The notes under the pieces: generated by a model | The model's database searches: none | Told to the model about the DNA's origin: nothing | The model's input: only the letters and a program-made list of their open reading frames with translations | Program-made: the position numbers and the translations under genes | Shown: one piece after another, positions 61,370-64,000 of the stretch | How the letters are laid out: every line of letters begins with the position of its first letter | Position numbering within the stretch: position 1 is the first letter of the stretch | Assembly: GCA_000388065.2 (NCBI GenBank) | Contig: KB932204.1 | Strand: one strand, 5' to 3' | Length of the DNA: 64,000 nt | Source: Fonticula alba ATCC 38817 | Lineage: Eukaryota > Protista > Nucleariida

Positions 61370-62398
61370 ATGTTGTTCAGTCGGCATGGATTTCGATGCT
61401 GGCTGGGAGCCTCTTCGGCTTTGTCAGCCAAGCCCCGGGCTTTGCGGCCCATTTCCTCCCTGACAAGGCCCTGTCCGCTAACATCGACAGGCCTGCCTGC
61501 GAGTTTGCGTTCGCAGACCCACTTGCCGGGAGTCCAATTGTGCCTGGCCGTGGAGCAGGGCAAGAGCAAGCTGCCTGAGGGCATCAACCGGCCGGCCTCG
61601 TTGGGGCTTTTGCTTCGGATACTTGGGCTAAAGAATCAGGGCCTGCCATCGGAGCAAGCAGTCGGCCGTCTGATTGGCCGGGATAAGCAGACAGCCTCGC
61701 GGTTGATGGTCCAATATCTGGAACGCCACAGCATCTCGCCACCTTCGAAATTCCGACCCGTCGAGGAGCTTGAGGAGGACATCGTTTGGCTGGCTGGCTT
61801 GGACCCGCCGCCTTCGAAGGCCATGCTGAGCAAGCTGGTGAATGTCACCCCCTCGGTGATGATGACGTTGCTGGACAAGAAGATGCCGAACGCCGACCTG
61901 AGCTTCCGGCCCTGTCTCTGGCGACTGGATGAGCTGTGCACCGGCCTCGTAAGGCCATCGAATACCGACATGGCCCGGGAACTATCGGTGTCAGCCAACT
62001 CCATCTCGCTGGCCATGAGCAAATATGGATCCGGCATGAAGGCCCCTTCGGCACGCGTGTCGGAGCACCAGATTGAGCAGATTAAGGCGGCCTTTTCCTC
62101 GGAAGAGCCCCCCTCCGTCAGGGATTTGGCCATGAGTCTTGGCTTATCCAAAATGACCCTCTATCGGGAGTGCAAGAAGCTGAATCTGCCAACCAGGGGA
62201 CGGCTGCCGCCTCGCTCGCTTCTCGAAACTCTGGGCCGCTTGCACTTCGAGCAGGGCATCTCGAAGAAGGACGTTGCATTGCAGATGGAGTTACCCCAGT
62301 CCACGGTCAATCGCTATTTCCGGCTATACTTCACTCCAGACGGGCAGATCATCGAATCGGTAGCGGAGCCGCCGCCGACAGGCAAAGCCCAGCAATAG
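61370..62398 (+). CDS. Intronless 342-aa protein with predicted mitochondrial presequence and five tandem helix-turn-helix units
   Basis: Single ORF from the ATG at 61370. The first 61 residues have no D/E and contain 6 Arg and 1 Lys. Five S-x3-(A/L)-x2-(L/V/M)-x-(L/V/R)-(S/T/D/P)-x2-(T/S/V) HTH-like motifs start at aa 93, 148, 196, 248 and 297. Confidence 0.8.
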   Translation: MLFSRHGFRCWLGASSALSAKPRALRPISSLTRPCPLTSTGLPASLRSQTHLPGVQLCLAVEQGKSKLPEGINRPASLGLLLRILGLKNQGLPSEQAVGRLIGRDKQTASRLMVQYLERHSISPPSKFRPVEELEEDIVWLAGLDPPPSKAMLSKLVNVTPSVMMTLLDKKMPNADLSFRPCLWRLDELCTGLVRPSNTDMARELSVSANSISLAMSKYGSGMKAPSARVSEHQIEQIKAAFSSEEPPSVRDLAMSLGLSKMTLYRECKKLNLPTRGRLPPRSLLETLGRLHFEQGISKKDVALQMELPQSTVNRYFRLYFTPDGQIIESVAEPPPTGKAQQ

Positions 62399-62511
62399 CT
62401 CGGGCTCCTGTGGAATACACCAACTAGATGCCGAAAGGTCGTGTGCTTGTACAAAGGGGGGGGGCGGGGGGATTGCTCCACGTTGCCTGGATCCTACCCA
62501 AGAGTGGCATT

Positions 62512-62593
62512 CCCCCCCCCCCCCCCCCCCCCCCCCCCACCCGGCCCGTTTCCCCCCCTCCTTGGGGAAAAAACCCCGCACATGGCGCACCCG

Positions 62594-62672
<79 letters not shown>
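62512..62672. repeat. C27 and G78 homopolymer tracts
   Basis: C run 62512-62538 and G run 62595-62672, between the convergent ends of two genes. Confidence 0.9.
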
Positions 62673-62673
<1 letters not shown>

Positions 62674-62930
62674 AGGAGACGGTCTGGTGTGGTCCTTGAT
62701 CGGAGAGCCCCGAGGGATGGCCAGCACAATGTGCGACGCTCGGCCGGGTGTGGGACGGTCTTGATTTAGTTTCCCTTCCATGGGGCTGTGGGCTCCGCGT
62801 AAGACGAGGGGAGAGAAAGAAGAAACCCACCGAAGAAGTAGGCGGACATCACTGGCTGGCGGGCAGAAAGGGCGGATGCGACAGGGAGCGTCTATTCGGC
62901 CGGAGGCAACAGCGAATTGGGGGGTTCGGC

Positions 62931-63857
62931 TCATCGGAGGGCCAGGGCCATTGAGCCGGCGATGTCAAGGGCCCCGGTGATCAGGGCTAAAACCTGGGCC
63001 CGAGAGGTGGAGGTGACCTGAAGGTTGAAGGGAGCGGCGTTGAGGGCGGCACGGAGGCGATTGGCCAGGCGGCTCCAGGACTGGCTTGGAGTCTCGATGG
63101 GGGATTTGGATGGCTCCAGCGAAAGGCGCGGAGGGGTTTGACGATGCCGGACCGAGCGCCGGGTGTCGAGATGATCCGAGGCCATCAATGATGGAGGGGT
63201 CGGGATCATGGCCGACATGGGGAAAAAGTAGAGGAGACAAAAGAGATTGTACCAATCGGCTTCGGAAAAGTGCTTGGGATGCAGGTTGCTTGGGGGGCCG
63301 GGAGGATCCCGGGGCGGTGGGCCGAGAAGCGGCCCCTGGGCATCGGATGAGGTGAAAAGGCTGCTGAAGGACTCGAGGTAGGGCGAGGCAAAGGAGGGGC
63401 CCTTGACTGGGGCAGGTGCCGGGGCGGTGGCCGGGGGGACGGACGATTCGATGAAGGGCTGGATGATGCACTTGCAAGCGATCGAAATGAGCGTTTGGAT
63501 GGAAACCACCGCCGGCATTCGGGAAAACGCCGTCAGGCCAAGGAGCTCCGGGGAAGACAGGCGATATTCCGGGCGATTGGGAGCCGGACGCCCTGACAGG
63601 AGCTCATCTTGCGCGTATAGCTGGTTGAAAATGATCAGGCTTTTGAAGCATTCATCCGGGTCGGGTGCCAGGCTGACCAGGAGCAGGAGGAGGCCTCGTG
63701 TGGCGAAGCAGTTTGGCAAATGGGCAACAGGAGTCGCTGAGGTGGTGATCGGAGCAACATGAGCGCCTGTCAGGATCTCAAGCAGACCAATGCACAGGCG
63801 CCCGTAAAATTGCCGCAGAGAGGCGCGAACGTCAGGTGTGGTGCGCCGGTCTCGATG
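62931..63857 (-). CDS. 3' terminal exon of a hypothetical protein (gene continues upstream, beyond or near the window end)
   Basis: Pyrimidine tract and CCCCAG acceptor at 63858, then an open frame HRDRRTTPDVRASLRQFYGRLCIGLLEIL...FSEADWYNLFCLLYFFP...GSMALALR* to 62931. (CA)n intron sequence lies upstream. No family recognised. Confidence 0.6.
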   Translation of the reverse strand, partial: HRDRRTTPDVRASLRQFYGRLCIGLLEILTGAHVAPITTSATPVAHLPNCFATRGLLLLLVSLAPDPDECFKSLIIFNQLYAQDELLSGRPAPNRPEYRLSSPELLGLTAFSRMPAVVSIQTLISIACKCIIQPFIESSVPPATAPAPAPVKGPSFASPYLESFSSLFTSSDAQGPLLGPPPRDPPGPPSNLHPKHFSEADWYNLFCLLYFFPMSAMIPTPPSLMASDHLDTRRSVRHRQTPPRLSLEPSKSPIETPSQSWSRLANRLRAALNAAPFNLQVTSTSRAQVLALITGALDIAGSMALALR

Positions 63858-64000
63858 CTGGGGAAAGAGAGCGATTACGGAGAAAAGAACCGAGTCGCGG
63901 AGGGCATTCTGCGATGATGGTGTTGGTTCGTGGTGTCATATGGTCATGGTTGTGTGCGTGTGCGTGTGCGTGTGCGTGTGAAAGTGAGAAAGAGAGGAAG

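Noticed and set aside
60270-62398. tRNA-Phe as the integration site of a mobile element carrying the HTH gene
   Set aside because: No duplicated tRNA 3' fragment, target-site duplication, terminal inverted repeats, integrase or transposase is visible.

Overview
GC-rich, intron-rich eukaryotic nuclear DNA from a draft assembly with many N gaps. The C/G homopolymers, intronic (CA)n/(GA)n microsatellites, GTGCGT/GTATGT donors, CTAAC/CTGAC branch sites and opisthokont-type gene set suggest a unicellular opisthokont such as Fonticula; this is inference, not verified. I reconstructed about 15 protein-coding genes by hand-splicing. In order they are an SLC1/DAACS transporter, a MOB3-type protein, an M28 ERMP1/Pff1-like membrane protease, GPN1, RAD50, an orphan LRR-like gene, MON2, an NXPE/PC-esterase-like SGNH protein, NOP9, eRF1, a SIKE/FGFR1OP2-like coiled-coil protein, THG1, a small R3HCC1-motif protein, an intronless tandem-HTH protein and the 3' end of an unknown gene. 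There is also one tRNA-Phe(GAA). No CRISPR array, rRNA or recognisable transposon was seen. The most novel-looking item is the intronless ORF at 61370-62398, with a mitochondrial-presequence-like N-terminus and five tandem prokaryote-style helix-turn-helix units. Next is the SLC1 transporter, whose NMDGT and TM8 substrate/cation motifs are rewritten. All family calls come from motif recall, not database searches. Most long six-frame ORFs are high-GC artefacts.
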